From NCBI GenBank assembly GCA_002269645.1, contig NIVC01000723.1:124001-188000 (forward strand): 64,000 nt of DNA. The letters run 5' to 3'. Every line of letters starts with the position of its first letter. Within the stretch, counting starts at the first letter, position 1. The notes under the pieces are model-generated. The model ran no database searches. It worked only from the letters and a program-made list of their open reading frames with translations, and was not told the DNA's origin. Both the position numbers and the translations under genes were made by a program. Below are positions 24,901 through 36,345 of this stretch, piece by piece. The DNA is from Macrostomum lignano. Its lineage: Eukaryota.

Positions 24901-27900
24901 GCGAGAACCCAACGCTAGTGCACTAATGACCCAGAACGCTCTTTTTAGTGGCACGGACGGCACTGACGTGAGAAAATGAGAACTGACGTATCTTCGAAGA
25001 ATTTGCCGATGATGCGAAATGGGACGACGAGACTTCAGCGTCGAAATTGAAGTTGCTGATTACTGGAGAGACCCAGCTGGTCGTCTGAGACCTGGACGAG
25101 ACAAGGCAGAAGAGCTTCAAGAGCATCAAAGACGACCTCACAAAGTTTATGGAGGCGAATTCGACAGCTTCAAGCCTATAAGTGACTTCTATTTGAGAAA
25201 GCGTGGAGACACCGAGACTCTTCGTGAGCTCTGTTTCAACCTTAAGCTGCTTCACCAGAAGGCGAGACCGAAGGATTCTGTAAATAAGCGAGACCGAGAC
25301 GTGCGCTTTCAGCTTGCGCAGCTACTCAAGACTGACATCCGTGACAACCTACTCAAGGCAGAGGACGCAGAGACCTGCAGCTTGGAGACTCTGCTGCAGC
25401 GGGCGTCTCGGCTCGATGAGCTGTCGGTGCGACAGTTGGTTGCGGCAGTCGGTGCCATCAGCGCTATTTCAGCAGACAGACCGTCCGAAGACCGCTTAGA
25501 CCGACTCAAGAGGCGCATGGAGGAACTCATCGCAAGGGTCAGTGTGCAGCCAGGGACAGACACTCGACATCCCCTCCCGGATCGAAGAGGCGCCTGCTTC
25601 AGCTGCGGCCAACTCCGACTCCGCGCAGCTCAATGTCAGCAGCGTCAAAAACAGCCGGACCCGATCATCTGCCATAAGTGCTCGTGGCGAGGGCACAAGG
25701 CCTCTGTCTGTCTGCCCATCCAAGGCTCCGGGAAACTTCTAAGGGTTGGTGCAACGGATGCGGGACCCACACTAACCCTAAGGAGCATCACGTTGCCCTG
25801 AGAGAGCTGGGTGGCCGTTGTGAACTGGAACCGGCAGACGTCATGCCTGTGTCGGTGGACGACTTCGCCCTCGAGCTACTCGAAAGTGCAAGTACTACGG
25901 TGCAACCGGGTAATCGGGAATTAGCCCAGATTTCATCCTACGGATGAACTTTAAATTGTGAGCGAGGCAGCCAGAACGCAGTTCAGCATCAGCCAGACCA
26001 CCAAATCGATTAAATTCGATGGCGTGTCTGCTCTGTTTAGGGACTGCGAACCGAGCGTGAGCGCTGTCCTGTCGATTGGTGCCAACTGTAATCATCGCTA
26101 GAGTCCAGGGCGCCGTCATGGTCCCGCCAAGGTTGACCAAGGTTGTGGACGTGACGACGGAGTCAAAGCAAGCACAGGGTATTTTTGAGCCATCACAGGA
26201 GTTTATCGACAGAACTGGAGTGCTGCCCTGCCGCGTGTTCACGGTGTCTTCAACCAGTGATAAGATTCCGGTTCAAGTGTCCAACCTGAGCTGCAGCCCG
26301 GTCGTACTGTACTCCAGCCAGAGCATCGGCACCTTTGAGAGCGCCGAAGTCATAGACGAGGATGAGAACGTGCATGAGAGGCGAGGGCCAGTAGATGAGT
26401 TCAATGTAAATCCGGAGCTTCCAGACAGCGACAGCAACCGAGTGACGTCACTGCCGATGTTATTTCAGCACACGAATTTGACGTCGGGATCGAGCTGGAC
26501 GATTATGCGCGCCCGATCCGTCAGAGACCACGACGGGTTCCTCACACCTACAGGAAGCAGGTAGCTAAGAAGCTGGAACAAATGCATTGGCATGGCGTCA
26601 TCGAACCTTCTACCAGACAGCAACTCGACCAGCAACCTGATGATCGTCAGAAAGAAAAATAACGACATCCGTGAAGGACGTCCATCTGCTGCCGCATTTG
26701 AATGAGGGTCTCGGTCCCTTGGCTGGCTGCTCTTGGTTCTCCACAATCGACATGCGCCAAGGCTTCCTTCAAGTAGAGGTCAGAGGAGGATCGGCCGTTG
26801 ACGGCGTTCTACATACCTAGCGGCCTGATGCAATTCCAAAAAATGAGCTTCGGTATGTGTAACGCGCCCGCGACTTACCAGCGAATGATGGAGCTCATCA
26901 TGACCGGCCTGAGCTGGGAAGAGGTCATAGCGTACATTATGATCTGATCATTTTCAATAAGGACTTTGAGAGCCACATCGAGTCACTGTCCAAAGTGCTA
27001 TAACGACTGCGGTCAGCCAAGCTGAAGCTGAGTCCCGGCAGGAGCTTCTTTACTTACCGGAGCGTCGGTACTTGGTACTTGGTCAACGGCTGCGGAGAAG
27101 GTTGAGGCGATCAGGCAGATGCCGGAGCCTCAGTCTGAGGAGGATGTCCGGCGCATTATCGGAATGCTCAGTTTCTACCGTAGATTCGTTCCCAACTTCT
27201 CCGATATCGCCAAGCCGCTGCACCAGCTGGCCCGGAAAGGCGCCCGTAGTTTTGTGAGGACAGCTGAACATTCTGCGGCTCTGAACAAGCTGAAGGACGC
27301 GCTGACCCAGGCTCCGGTTCTTCAGCTGCCCGACTTCAGCAGGCTTATCATTATCACCTGTCACAGCAGTGCTGTCGCATTGGGTGCGGTGCTCAGCCAG
27401 GAGCGCGAAGTCCAGGAGCTGCTGGTGGCCTATTAAACAAGGCAGAGCGAAACTACAGCACTACGGATCGTTTGGAGCCTCAAGCAGTTTCGCATGTACC
27501 TGAGCAACAGCAGCAAGATCCAGGTGTTCACCGACCGCAAGCCGATCATCGGACTGCTCAACGCGAAGGAGCCGACAGGTCGGCTAGCACGTTTGCTGCA
27601 GCCCATCCAAGAGTTTCCGCTGAAGATCCTGTATCGGCAGGGAAAGGAAAAGACCCGATGCTCCAGTCTGATTTTCAAGTTCCGGCATCAGTGAACGCGG
27701 TGGTTCAGAAGCTGCTGCCCTGCCTGACGCTATCACCGGACAGTGCGCTGCTTCACAATGGGATGCCAGTGATTCCCCAGCACATGCGAGCGAAACAGGC
27801 GCACAACCTGCCCAGCGTGGGTCACCTCGGGCAGCGTCGGGTGCTACAGGCTCTTCGAGCTCGCACCTGGTGGCCGGAGATGCGCGAGTACGTGCGTGAT

Positions 27901-30298
27901 TGGTTGCAGAGCTGCCCGGTTTGCCAGCGGCGCAAGGGAGCACCGAAGCGAGCGCGGGCTGAGCTGCCGTGGAGGCCTTGGGCTGTTGCGCAGCTCGACA
28001 TCCAGGGTCTTCTGTCAGTCATCCGAGTCGGGCTAGCGCTACATTCTCTGCTTCGTCGATACGTTTTCAAAGTTGATAGAGACTTCGCCATTCAGCCAAA
28101 TCGACGCCAAGACAGCAGCCAAAACCCTGGTGACCAGCGTTGTACTGCAGCATGGTGTTCCCGAGGTCGTGCACTCCGACCAAGGTCGCCAGTTCGAGGT
28201 TCAAGCTTTTAAGCGCTCGGCGCAGAAAAGTCGCATCCCAGTGGCAACGGCAACGTCGATCAAGGTTCAACAGGACGTTGGGCAACATGCTTTCGGCCTT
28301 CTGCTGAGCTGGGAATCAGACCAGCTGGGACGCCTTGCTGCCCTGTGTCGTGTGGGCCTACAACAGCTCTGCACACAGCTCCACAGGCGAGTCACCATAG
28401 AAGTACTGCGAGGCTTGGAGCCCAGACTGCCGGTAAGCAGGACCAGCGCGACCTGGCGCAGGACTGCGCGGATCTGCAGCGAGAATCCGGGCGGGTCTTC
28501 CAGATGGTGTGAGTGCTCTACTAGCACGCTGCTCAGGTCACAGCACGAGTTCCACAACCAAGGAGCTGAAACGATCGAGTTCAAGATCGGCGACCGATCG
28601 TGATGCTGACGCACCAGGCGATGAAGTGCGGACAGTGCAAGACGCTTTGGAACCAATGGTCCGGTCCGTATACCATCGTCAGGAAGGTCGGCCCAGTGAA
28701 CTACTAGCTGCAGGCTGTGAACGGCAGGCGCCGACTGCTGGCTCACAATAGCCGGATGAAGCCGTTTATCGACCCACAAGGGCCGATCGGCGGGCCAACA
28801 ACCGAGGCAGAACCTGTCAGGGAACTACAAAGCGCCGCGGGCACCGCAGTCCAACCGGTCAGGCCGGACGCCTGAGGGCAGCTGCGCGATCCCGTCGCGG
28901 CCGAAACTCAGCGTCGAAACCCAGCCGAAACCCAGTCGGTCAAGTAGGCAGCGCCGACCGCCGGATTTTTACACGGCGACCTGGTGACGGACTGTTTGCT
29001 GAGGGTCGTACGTGAATCGTCTTCAAGGCTGAAGTCGCTTGACTGTAAATTTTCTCTTGCTTCTAGACCTTAGAAAAACTCATTCCGAATCTTTTCCGCT
29101 GCTCTTATCCCTTTCCTTTTTCCCCTTGTGATTGTCTGAGGTTTACGTGTGAGATTTGGCCTTTCTGCTTGTGTTTGTTATTTTATTCCTGTATTTGGTC
29201 ACGTGCTATTTGTACGTGTGGCTCTGTACATTTCAACCTTTGCCAAATATCGATCATAGTTACCAAATATATTTCGCTTACTTTGTCCTTCATTCTCGGC
29301 TCCTACACAATCTTAGTCGTGACCTTTCTGTGTACTTCAGTAAAAAAACTGCGCGTTGGATTCGCCAGAGAAAAACAGAGCGGACAAGCAGCACTGGAAA
29401 AGCCACTAATTTGCCGAGTAACACCCAGATCCTCAGTTGCTGGGCCAGCCTCCCAGATCCTCAGTTGCTGGGTCAGCCCCCCAGGTCCTCAGTTGCTGGA
29501 CCAGTCTCCTGGTATTTTATACTTTCTTCATTTCTTGATTTTTGATGCTGGATGCATTACTCGTACTTAGACATGAGGTTTTCAGCCTTTCTATTCCTTA
29601 TTACTATACTGACAAAATCTCATATTCTGAACTTTCGAATCGAAAGCGAAGCCAGCGCGCACTCTGTTCCAGGTTGATTCACCAGCTTGTCCAGCTAATT
29701 TTCTAAATACGCTACCGGAGAAAGGCAAAAAAAGCAAATTTTCAAGAGAAATCCAATTTGTTTGCTTTGAGTCTTTTCTAGAATGATTTTTCTAAGTGAA
29801 TTGTTCGTTGTGAACTTCCCCGCAGCCTCAGCCGTCGAGGTCGCTGGAAGGTCGTCTCAGTCTGCGGGCGCCGAGGCCAGCGACCCTGGCCAGACGCTCT
29901 GCCACTGCGCCCCGAGCCGCATGGCTCAGCAACGCTCGCTGCTGGCCCGCGCCCGGGTGTCAGCCAGCCGAATGTTCTCAACCATCGTGCTGGCGTTCGT
30001 CCTGCTGTGGCTGCCCTACTGGATTCTGTACGCCACCGCCTGCGCCAACCGGCTGAGCGGCGGGCAGCACGAGGCGGCCATAGATTTCATGTCGCACGGC
30101 ATGTTCTTCTTCGGGATGTGCGTCAGCGCCGTCAACCCCGTCATCTACGGCGCCTACAGCAGGCGCGATGAAAGCACTCATTGGCAGTGGGCTCGTCGGG
30201 ACCCTCGAAGTCCACAGGAGCCTCAAATTCCTCTGGAGTCCCAGATGTTTCGCGAGCTTCAGGAACCTCAGGAGCCGCATGAGCTTATGGAGTCCTAA
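21968..30298 (+). CDS. Rhodopsin-class peptide GPCR, GnRH/AKH/corazonin receptor-like; start codon unresolved
   Basis: Exons: 22020 (or 21968 with a 1-nt frameshift)-22493, 22854-23079, 29826-30298. Motifs: TM2 LNLIVADL, TM3 CRLFKFSQAASLNCSTYITLVIAVSR, TM4-ECL2 SVPQ/LFLFGV...FHQC, TM6 FVLLWLPYW, TM7 SAVNPVIYG. Confidence 0.88.
24040..24891 (+). repeat. 5' LTR, interrupted by a ~690-bp insertion
   Basis: 24040-24136 and 24825-24891 align to the 3' LTR; ends ...ctccaca immediately before the PBS. Confidence 0.75.
24300..24600. repeat. Degenerate 18-bp repeat inside the LTR insertion
   Basis: Unit tgctatctgggggatact. Confidence 0.8.
24893..24903 (+). other. Primer-binding site, tRNA-Leu type
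   Basis: TGGTGGCAGCG is complementary to ...CGCUGCCACCA, the 3' end of eukaryotic tRNA-Leu(AAG/UAG); it lies 1 nt after the LTR end. Confidence 0.75.
24925..25801 (+). pseudogene. Retrotransposon gag (frameshifted)
   Basis: FEEFADDAKWDDETSASKLKLLITGE lies in one frame; ORF 25019-25801 carries the knuckles CFSCGQLRLRAAQC and CHKCSWRGHKASVC. Confidence 0.75.
26560..28780 (+). pseudogene. Retrotransposon pol (RT-RNase H-integrase), disrupted
   Basis: GVIEPS, IVRKKNNDIR, TAFYIPSGLMQFQKMSFGMCNAPATYQRMM, RRIIGMLSFYRRFVPNFSDIAKPL, VFTDRKP, VHSDQGRQF and GPYTIVRKVGPVNY are spread over several frames. Confidence 0.88.
29133..29307 (+). repeat. 3' LTR
   Basis: tgtctgaggtttacgtgtgag...cattctcggctcctaca aligns to both halves of the 5' LTR and is followed by CAAT. 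The left edge is approximate and no clear polypurine tract precedes it. Confidence 0.75.
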
Positions 30299-30677
30299 TG
30301 CGACTCAGGTTCCTTAGGAGCTTTAGCAACTTTAGGAGTCTCAAGGCTTCTCGTGTAACACAGAAGCCGCAGAAGCTTCAGGAGTCCTGAAGCGACTCAG
30401 AACATCAGTAACCTCATGAAACTTCATGAGTCATCGAGATTTAATGTATGAAAATCGATGTTGGAAGCTTGAGCTCGACGCTAGAGCTTTTGGTGTGTTT
30501 ATACGTCTCCTCATGTTTTAAAAAACAATTTGATTGTCAGTGAGTGCTCGTGCAGACAGAACTGTCACAGTACATTGTTTTTGTAAGTTCAAATGTAGTT
30601 TTGTATTATTACATAGCTTTCTGTTTAAATTGCTTTTCAAGCATACTCTACAATGATGATGAGCATTTATTGAAGAT

Positions 30678-31290
30678 GGATCTGGGAGGCGGTCCAGCAA
30701 CTGAGGATCTGGGAGGCTGGCACAGAAACTGAAGATCTGGGAAGCTGGCACAGCAACTGAGGATCTGGGAGGCTGGTCCAGCAACTGAGGATTTGGAAGG
30801 CTGGTCCAGCAACTGAGGATCTGGGAGGCTGGCACAGCTGCTGGGATCTGGGAGGCTGGCCCAGCAATTGAGGATCTGGGAGGCTGGCCCAGCAAATGAC
30901 ACTCTGGGTGGCTGGCACAGCAACTGAGGATCTGGGAGGCTGGCCCAGCAAATGACACTCTGGGAGGCTGGCACAGCTGCTGGGATCTGGGAGGCTGGCC
31001 CAGCAATTGAGGATCTGGGAGGCTGGCCCAGCAATTGAGCATCTGGGAGGCTGGCCCAGCAATTGAGCATCTGGGAGGCTGGCCCAGCAAATGACACTCT
31101 GGGAGGCTGGCACAGCTGCTGGGATCTGGGAGGCTGGCCCAGCAATTGAGGATCTGGGAGGCTGGCCCAGCAATTGAGCATCTGGGAGGCTGGCCCAGCA
31201 AATGACACTCTGGGTGGCTGGCACAGCAACTGAGGATCTGGGAGGCTGGCACAGCAATTGAGGATCTGGGAGGCTGGCCCAGCGGCTGGG
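30678..31290. repeat. ~27-bp minisatellite with higher-order blocks downstream of the GPCR
   Basis: Unit gaggatctgggaggctggcccagcaatt; ~3 inverted copies also lie at 29422-29510. Confidence 0.92.
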
Positions 31291-31659
31291 GATATGCAAG
31301 GTGACAGAAAGTAATGAAAATATAATACGAGCTTTATTCTTCTTTTGCTTGACAAAGGATCTGTTGATGAGTTAATTTGAGTGGCCTATAGTTATTTTGA
31401 ATCTTACAACTGTCAGTTATTCCGTCTATTGAACAGATCTGATGGCAGATTCGGGGATCAATTCGAGAGATTACCGACTCTCCTTTGCCTGAAGCAGTCC
31501 GTCCGTGAATTTCAAGCAGCTTGCAGTCCAACATCGTGTCGGGTAGATCAAAAGCAGGCAAAATAATTTTTCGAAATAACACCAAAGAGATTCAATTTCT
31601 TTTCGAAAGAGGAGTAAATTTCTTTAACGAAGCGTGCAGATGCTTTTTTCCCAGGTGGG

Positions 31660-31870
31660 AATTTAAGCCAAGCCCAGCGGTGAACGCGTCTGGCTCTCGC
31701 TTCACGACACCTGGTTCGATTCCGTGCGCTTCCATTTGAGGCTTGTGCACGGAAATTGGATGGGGTTTGACGTGCGATTCACGCGCCAATGAGGGCCACC
31801 CCCAAGGCACCGGGAGTGTACATTCCTGACGATCAGAACGTCAGGGCCGTTGTGCACCCTGTGGGAGACT
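31660..31870 (+). mobile_element. tRNA-derived SINE, family A, copy 3
   Basis: A-box-like gcccagcggtgaacgc, B-box GGTTCGATTCC, then ccccaaggcaccgggagtgtacattcctgac...tgcaccctgtg. Confidence 0.65.
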
Positions 31871-32386
31871 TTATTTGCAAGAGTCTTGCTCAAGATTTCG
31901 TCTTGAAGGTCATACAGACTTCTTGTCCCACCCAAGCCTCAGGTCCATGAGCCTTACCTGTACACTATGCTGGATTTCCCTTTCTCGAACTCTTCAAACT
32001 GAGTCAGGTGTTCAATCATCAAAATACACATATTCGAGCTCGAGTTAACTACGTAGGTAACACTGTAAAATTTTGTCAGGTATATAAACTCAGTAATACA
32101 AGAATTAGCTGATCCTATTATATCTCGGTTGACTTTTGCATATCCTTGCTACTGCAAGTAAAATACATGCATATAGCTAAATGTATATCTGTGCTTCACC
32201 TGAAAATCTGGGAACCCTTTTTGGGACTTTTTGTATCTTAGAAATCCTTCGATGGCAGCAATCCTTCAGCGGACCTGCAAGCATTAGTCTATGGCAATAA
32301 CTTATTTAATATTTATATTATCCATTGCATCATATGGGCTTTAGCCTAGGAGTATTTTTAGAAAAAGTCGTCTGGAGAGCAATACG

Positions 32387-33229
32387 GCCTCTAGTGCTGG
32401 CGCCTCTGGTGCTGGCGCCTCTGGTGCTGGCGCCTCTGGTGCTGGCGCCTCTGGTGCTGGCGCCTCTGGTGCTGGCGCCTCTGGTGCTGGCGCCTCTGGT
32501 GCTGGCGCCTCTGGTGCTGGCGCCTCTGGTGCTGGCGCCTCTGGTGCTGGCGCCTCTGGTGCTGGCGCCTCTGGTGCTGGCGCCTCTGGTGCTGGCGCCT
32601 CTGGTGCTGGCGCCTCTGGTGCTGGCGCCTCTGGTGCTGGCGCCTCTGGTGCTGGCGCCTCTGGTGCTGGCGCCTCTGGTGCTGGCGCCTCTGGTGCTGG
32701 CGCCTCTGGTGCTGGCGCCTCTGGTGCTGGCGCCTCTGGTGCTGGCGCCTCTGGTGCTGGCGCCTCTGGTGCTGGCGCCTCTGGTGCTGGCGCCTCTGGT
32801 GCTGGCGCCTCTGGTGCTGGCGCCTCTGGTGCTGGCGCCTCTGGTGCTGGCGCCTCTGGTGCTGGCGCCTCTGGTGCTGGCGCCTCTGGTGCTGGCGCCT
32901 CTGGTGCTGGCGCCTCTGGTGCTGGCGCCTCTGGTGCTGGCGCCTCTGGTGCTGGCGCCTCTGGTGCTGGCGCCTCTGGTGCTGGCGCCTCTGGTGCTGG
33001 CGCCTCTGGTGCTGGCGCCTCTGGTGCTGGCGCCTCTGGTGCTGGCGCCTCTGGTGCTGGCGCCTCTGGTGCTGGCGCCTCTGGTGCTGGCGCCTCTGGT
33101 GCTGGCGCCTCTGGTGCTGGCGCCTCTGGTGCTGGCGCCTCTGGTGCTGGCGCCTCTGGTGCTGGCGCCTCTGGTGCTGGCGCCTCTGGTGCTGGCGCCT
33201 CTGGTGCTGGCGCCTCTGGTGCTGGCGCC
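32387..33229. repeat. 15-bp minisatellite CTGGTGCTGGCGCCT (~56 copies), array 2
   Basis: Same unit and orientation as 16372-16702; essentially invariant. Confidence 0.97.
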
Positions 33230-33960
33230 GTATGAAGCTTAACCTCTGTGCCGCATGAAGTTAGTCGAAGGGTAAATCTGTTGCAGTTTGAATATTCTGA
33301 AGAAAGTTTGCTAAATTGAAATTCTTGATTTAGAATACAACAGCTAAATACGATCGAGTATACTGCTTCTTAATATCCCATTGAAGATGGAGTGCCATAT
33401 TCAATTCTGGAAACATTGGATCTAGGTAGGCACATGAACCTCGCTTTGCATGACGCAGTTGGAGGGTCAGGGTCTGGTGAAGGTTAGTTTGACAAAAATT
33501 ATCGAGTTAATTTATCTGAAAATCGATAAGTCTGCCAGCATCGTGAACTTTAATTGAGTCTTGTTACAGCCTGAACGTTAGCACAAGCATAATTTGGCAA
33601 ACAATTATCTTCGCTAGTAGGGCTGGATGGGTGCTGAGTCAGCCAGGTCATAAAATTCATATCGCTGCCCTGATTTCGCACGTAGAATTGGGGGGTGCCT
33701 GGGTTTTTGATATTTCAGTCGGCGCTACGACCGAGGGAGGGCTTTGATCACGTAATGACACGCCTCACCCAGCCGCGGCGCCCTAATGGCGATGCACTTT
33801 AACTCTCGGTCTCTGGAATTCAATCGGAGCCATACAGCCCCGCAGTCTGCACGCACCTCGGAATGCACAACAGCTTTGAGACGCAATCAGGCTGATTATA
33901 TCATGCTTGCAGATCATAGCGCCAGGTGCGAGAAACTCTCAACATAGTGTAGTCCCGCGT

Positions 33961-34102
33961 GCAGCCAATCAGAATTGAGCTGGCTGATTCAGGACCCCCG
34001 CTGTGCCGTGAGCCGATTAGATCACCGTGATTTACCTGGCCTCTCCTCAGGTGGGGTGGGTTGGCTCATTTTGGCTATAAAAATAACTGAATTTTTGCAG
34101 TC
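33961..34102 (+). promoter_or_regulatory. Putative core promoter of the CCCH gene (CCAAT, TATA, Inr-like)
   Basis: gcagccaatcag near 33961, TATAAAA at 34076-34082, and a GCAGTC Inr-like sequence ~20 nt downstream of the TATA box. Confidence 0.55.
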
Positions 34103-34222
34103 GCGTTCTACTCTTAACAATTTCTACACAGATTGCAGAGGCCATCTTCACTGATATTCCGGTTGCCCCAGAGTTGCTCTCTTCTCTCTCTCTATCTCTC
34201 GCTCTCGCAGAGTTTATTCCCA

Positions 34223-34603
34223 ATGGAGCTTCAACAGCAGGTGCATCAGCCGCAGGTGTCCGACTTTGCCGAGCTGCCACCGTCTGGGTCGCCACCGAGC
34301 TGTCTCAACTCTGCTGCCTACAGCTCGGCTGCCGTGCCTCTGTTGCAATTCTCGCCGCCCCAGCAGCAGCCACCGGTCCTCTACTACCCATCAAATGACG
34401 CCGTGTACCCACCTGCCGCACCTATTCCTGGCCAGGCCGCCGCTGTGTTGCCGCATCCGTACCTGCAGCCAGCCGAGGTCTATCAGCAACAGCAGCAGTA
34501 CTACTACCGCCATGCCACCGCCCACCGTCCGTCTCCGGACGAGCTCGGCTCTGCTGCCAAGTTCTCGCCGCCTCCGCCGACCTCTCTGTGCTTCGCCTAC
34601 TCT

Positions 34604-34635
<32 letters not shown>

Positions 34636-35557
34636 TCCGCCAGCCTGCTGCTGCGCCCAGCTGCACTACCAGCAGCAGCAGCCCTGCTGCTCTCCCGGCC
34701 TGCAGCAGCAGCAGGCGGTCCTGTTCCAGTGCCCCGCTCCGCCGTCTGCGTTCCATCCGCTGCCAGCGTCCGCCGCTCCGGTGCCAGCCCTGCTGACTGC
34801 GCCGCCAGTGCAGCAGCCACCCGTTGTGCCATCGAATCCGCCGAACGATCTGCTTGTCGCCGCCTCCTGGACTGCACGTCGGCAGCAGCAGCAGCAACTG
34901 GCGAAGCCGTCGCAACATCAGCGCCGCAGAAACGGCTACATGCACAACATTCTGTACAAGACTGAGCTCTGCCGGGACATCCAAGACCGCGGAGCCTGCC
35001 CTCGCGGCCGCGCCTGTCAGTTTGCTCACTCTCCTGTCGAGCTGCACGACCCTCGACTGCATCCGCTGTACAAAACTGCCGCTTGTCACGACTTCAAGTT
35101 CCGAGGCCAGTGTCCGCGCGGCGACCAGTGCTTCCACGTGCACGAGGCGCCCAACGCTCCGCAGCAGCAGCCGCCGCCTCCGTCGCAGCCACAAACGACT
35201 CCGCAACCACCAAAGTCTCTCTCGGAGGAGACTCCAAAGGCGACAGTTGAGGCCTCTCCACCAGCGCGACCGTCCACCAGCCGCGGCGCCTCTGGAAGCC
35301 GCGGGCGACGTCGCCGAAGCCCTCCTGCCGCTGCTACGGGCCAGCAGCCGTCGAACGAGTTCAGCAACCGGCGCTTTGCTCGCCACTCTGACGGTGGTCG
35401 CGGAGGCGGCGGCGGCAAGTCCTCTTACCACCACCTGCTCAAGAAGCTGGCTGGAGCCTCCACGTCCACTGCCGCAGTGGACAGCATGGAAGCTGCGATG
35501 AAGCGCCTGCACCTGGGCAGCGAGGTCGGCGCTGTCACCTGTGCCGTGGTTTCCTGA
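34223..35557 (+). CDS. Intronless tandem CCCH zinc-finger RNA-binding protein (TIS11/tristetraprolin architecture), 444 aa
   Basis: ATG at 34223. Two C-x8-C-x5-C-x3-H fingers with YKT lead-ins and an 18-aa spacer (YKTELCRDIQDRGACPRGRACQFAH...HPLYKTAACHDFKFRGQCPRGDQCFHVH); Q/P-rich low-complexity flanks. Confidence 0.92.
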
Positions 35558-35767
35558 TTCATTTTGTTAGCTTCATTTTTTTGCATGCAACCTGTTTAAG
35601 GATTTTCGTTTTTGGAGATTTATTGTTTTTGCCTTCGGTGGCGTTTCTGAAAACTTGTTCTGGTTTTGTTTAATCAAAATACTTCCATACCGTTAAATAG
35701 CAATCTAGGTCTTGTTATCGCTGGCAAACTTCTGCTTGCATGCTTTTTTCGTTGGTTCTTCTTTGTA

Positions 35768-35777
35768 AATAAATAAA
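35768..35777 (+). terminator. Overlapping AATAAA polyadenylation signals of the CCCH gene
   Basis: aataaataaa ~210 nt after the stop codon, following a U-rich 3' UTR. Confidence 0.6.
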
Positions 35778-36345
35778 CTTTGTTCGATTGAACCGGAATT
35801 GAACAGTTTTTTGCTTTTCAGGAAAAGGTTTCTTGTTTCTTGGTTTCCTTATCCAGCCGGCCCTTTGTGACCGGATTCGTGAGCTTTCTGAGTAACTAGA
35901 AAAAACTTTAACAAATACTTAACTACTTGGACTATACTTATAAACGCAAACTGAAACTCTTTGATCCTTCGGCCTCTCAAAGCTCTGCTCAAACTGCAGT
36001 CAACTGCGCATTTCCTTTGAGACATGCCGACATGCACAAACGCTTTATTCAGCTGAACAGTTTCTTTCAAAATCCCATTTGTGGAGGCCGGGAACCAGGA
36101 TTACCTGACAAACACTCGTAAAAAGGGATAAAAGGTGAAAATGTCTTCCAGTTTTTCAGCTCTCCGCATAACAAAGCTACAGAGTATTTGTGATCAGGTC
36201 ACTTAGTTTGCTACTCTGAACTCAGTGCGAATTCCCTGTCGCTTTTTCTTCATATCATATTCGACCATTTATTCGAAATTTTTCAAAGGTGCATTCGTCA
36301 GTTCAGTGTAGCATTTCTGTAACCGTAGGAAGGAATACCTGAAAT

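Larger units (their letters stand above)
24040..29307 (+). mobile_element. Degenerate Ty3/gypsy LTR retrotransposon in the last GPCR intron
   Basis: Related LTRs at 24040-24891 (interrupted) and ~29133-29307, both TG...CA. 4-bp CAAT duplication at 24036-24039 and 29308-29311. PBS TGGTGGCAGCG at 24893-24903. Internal order: gag with two CCHC-like knuckles, degenerate protease, RT (FGMCNAPATYQRMM, broken YxDD), RNase H (LQLPDFS...LGAVLSQ), integrase (HLGQRR...CPVCQ, HSDQGRQF, GPYTIV). Many frameshifts and stops. Confidence 0.92.

Noticed and set aside
32325-33242. 305-aa LAPLV-repeat ORF (also APEAP and RRQHQ ORFs at 16220-16773)
   Set aside because: A stop-free 15-bp unit is open in all frames; there is no start context or non-repetitive domain.
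34174-35512. Overlapping alternative-frame and antisense ORFs over the CCCH gene
   Set aside because: Shadows of GC-rich, low-complexity coding sequence.
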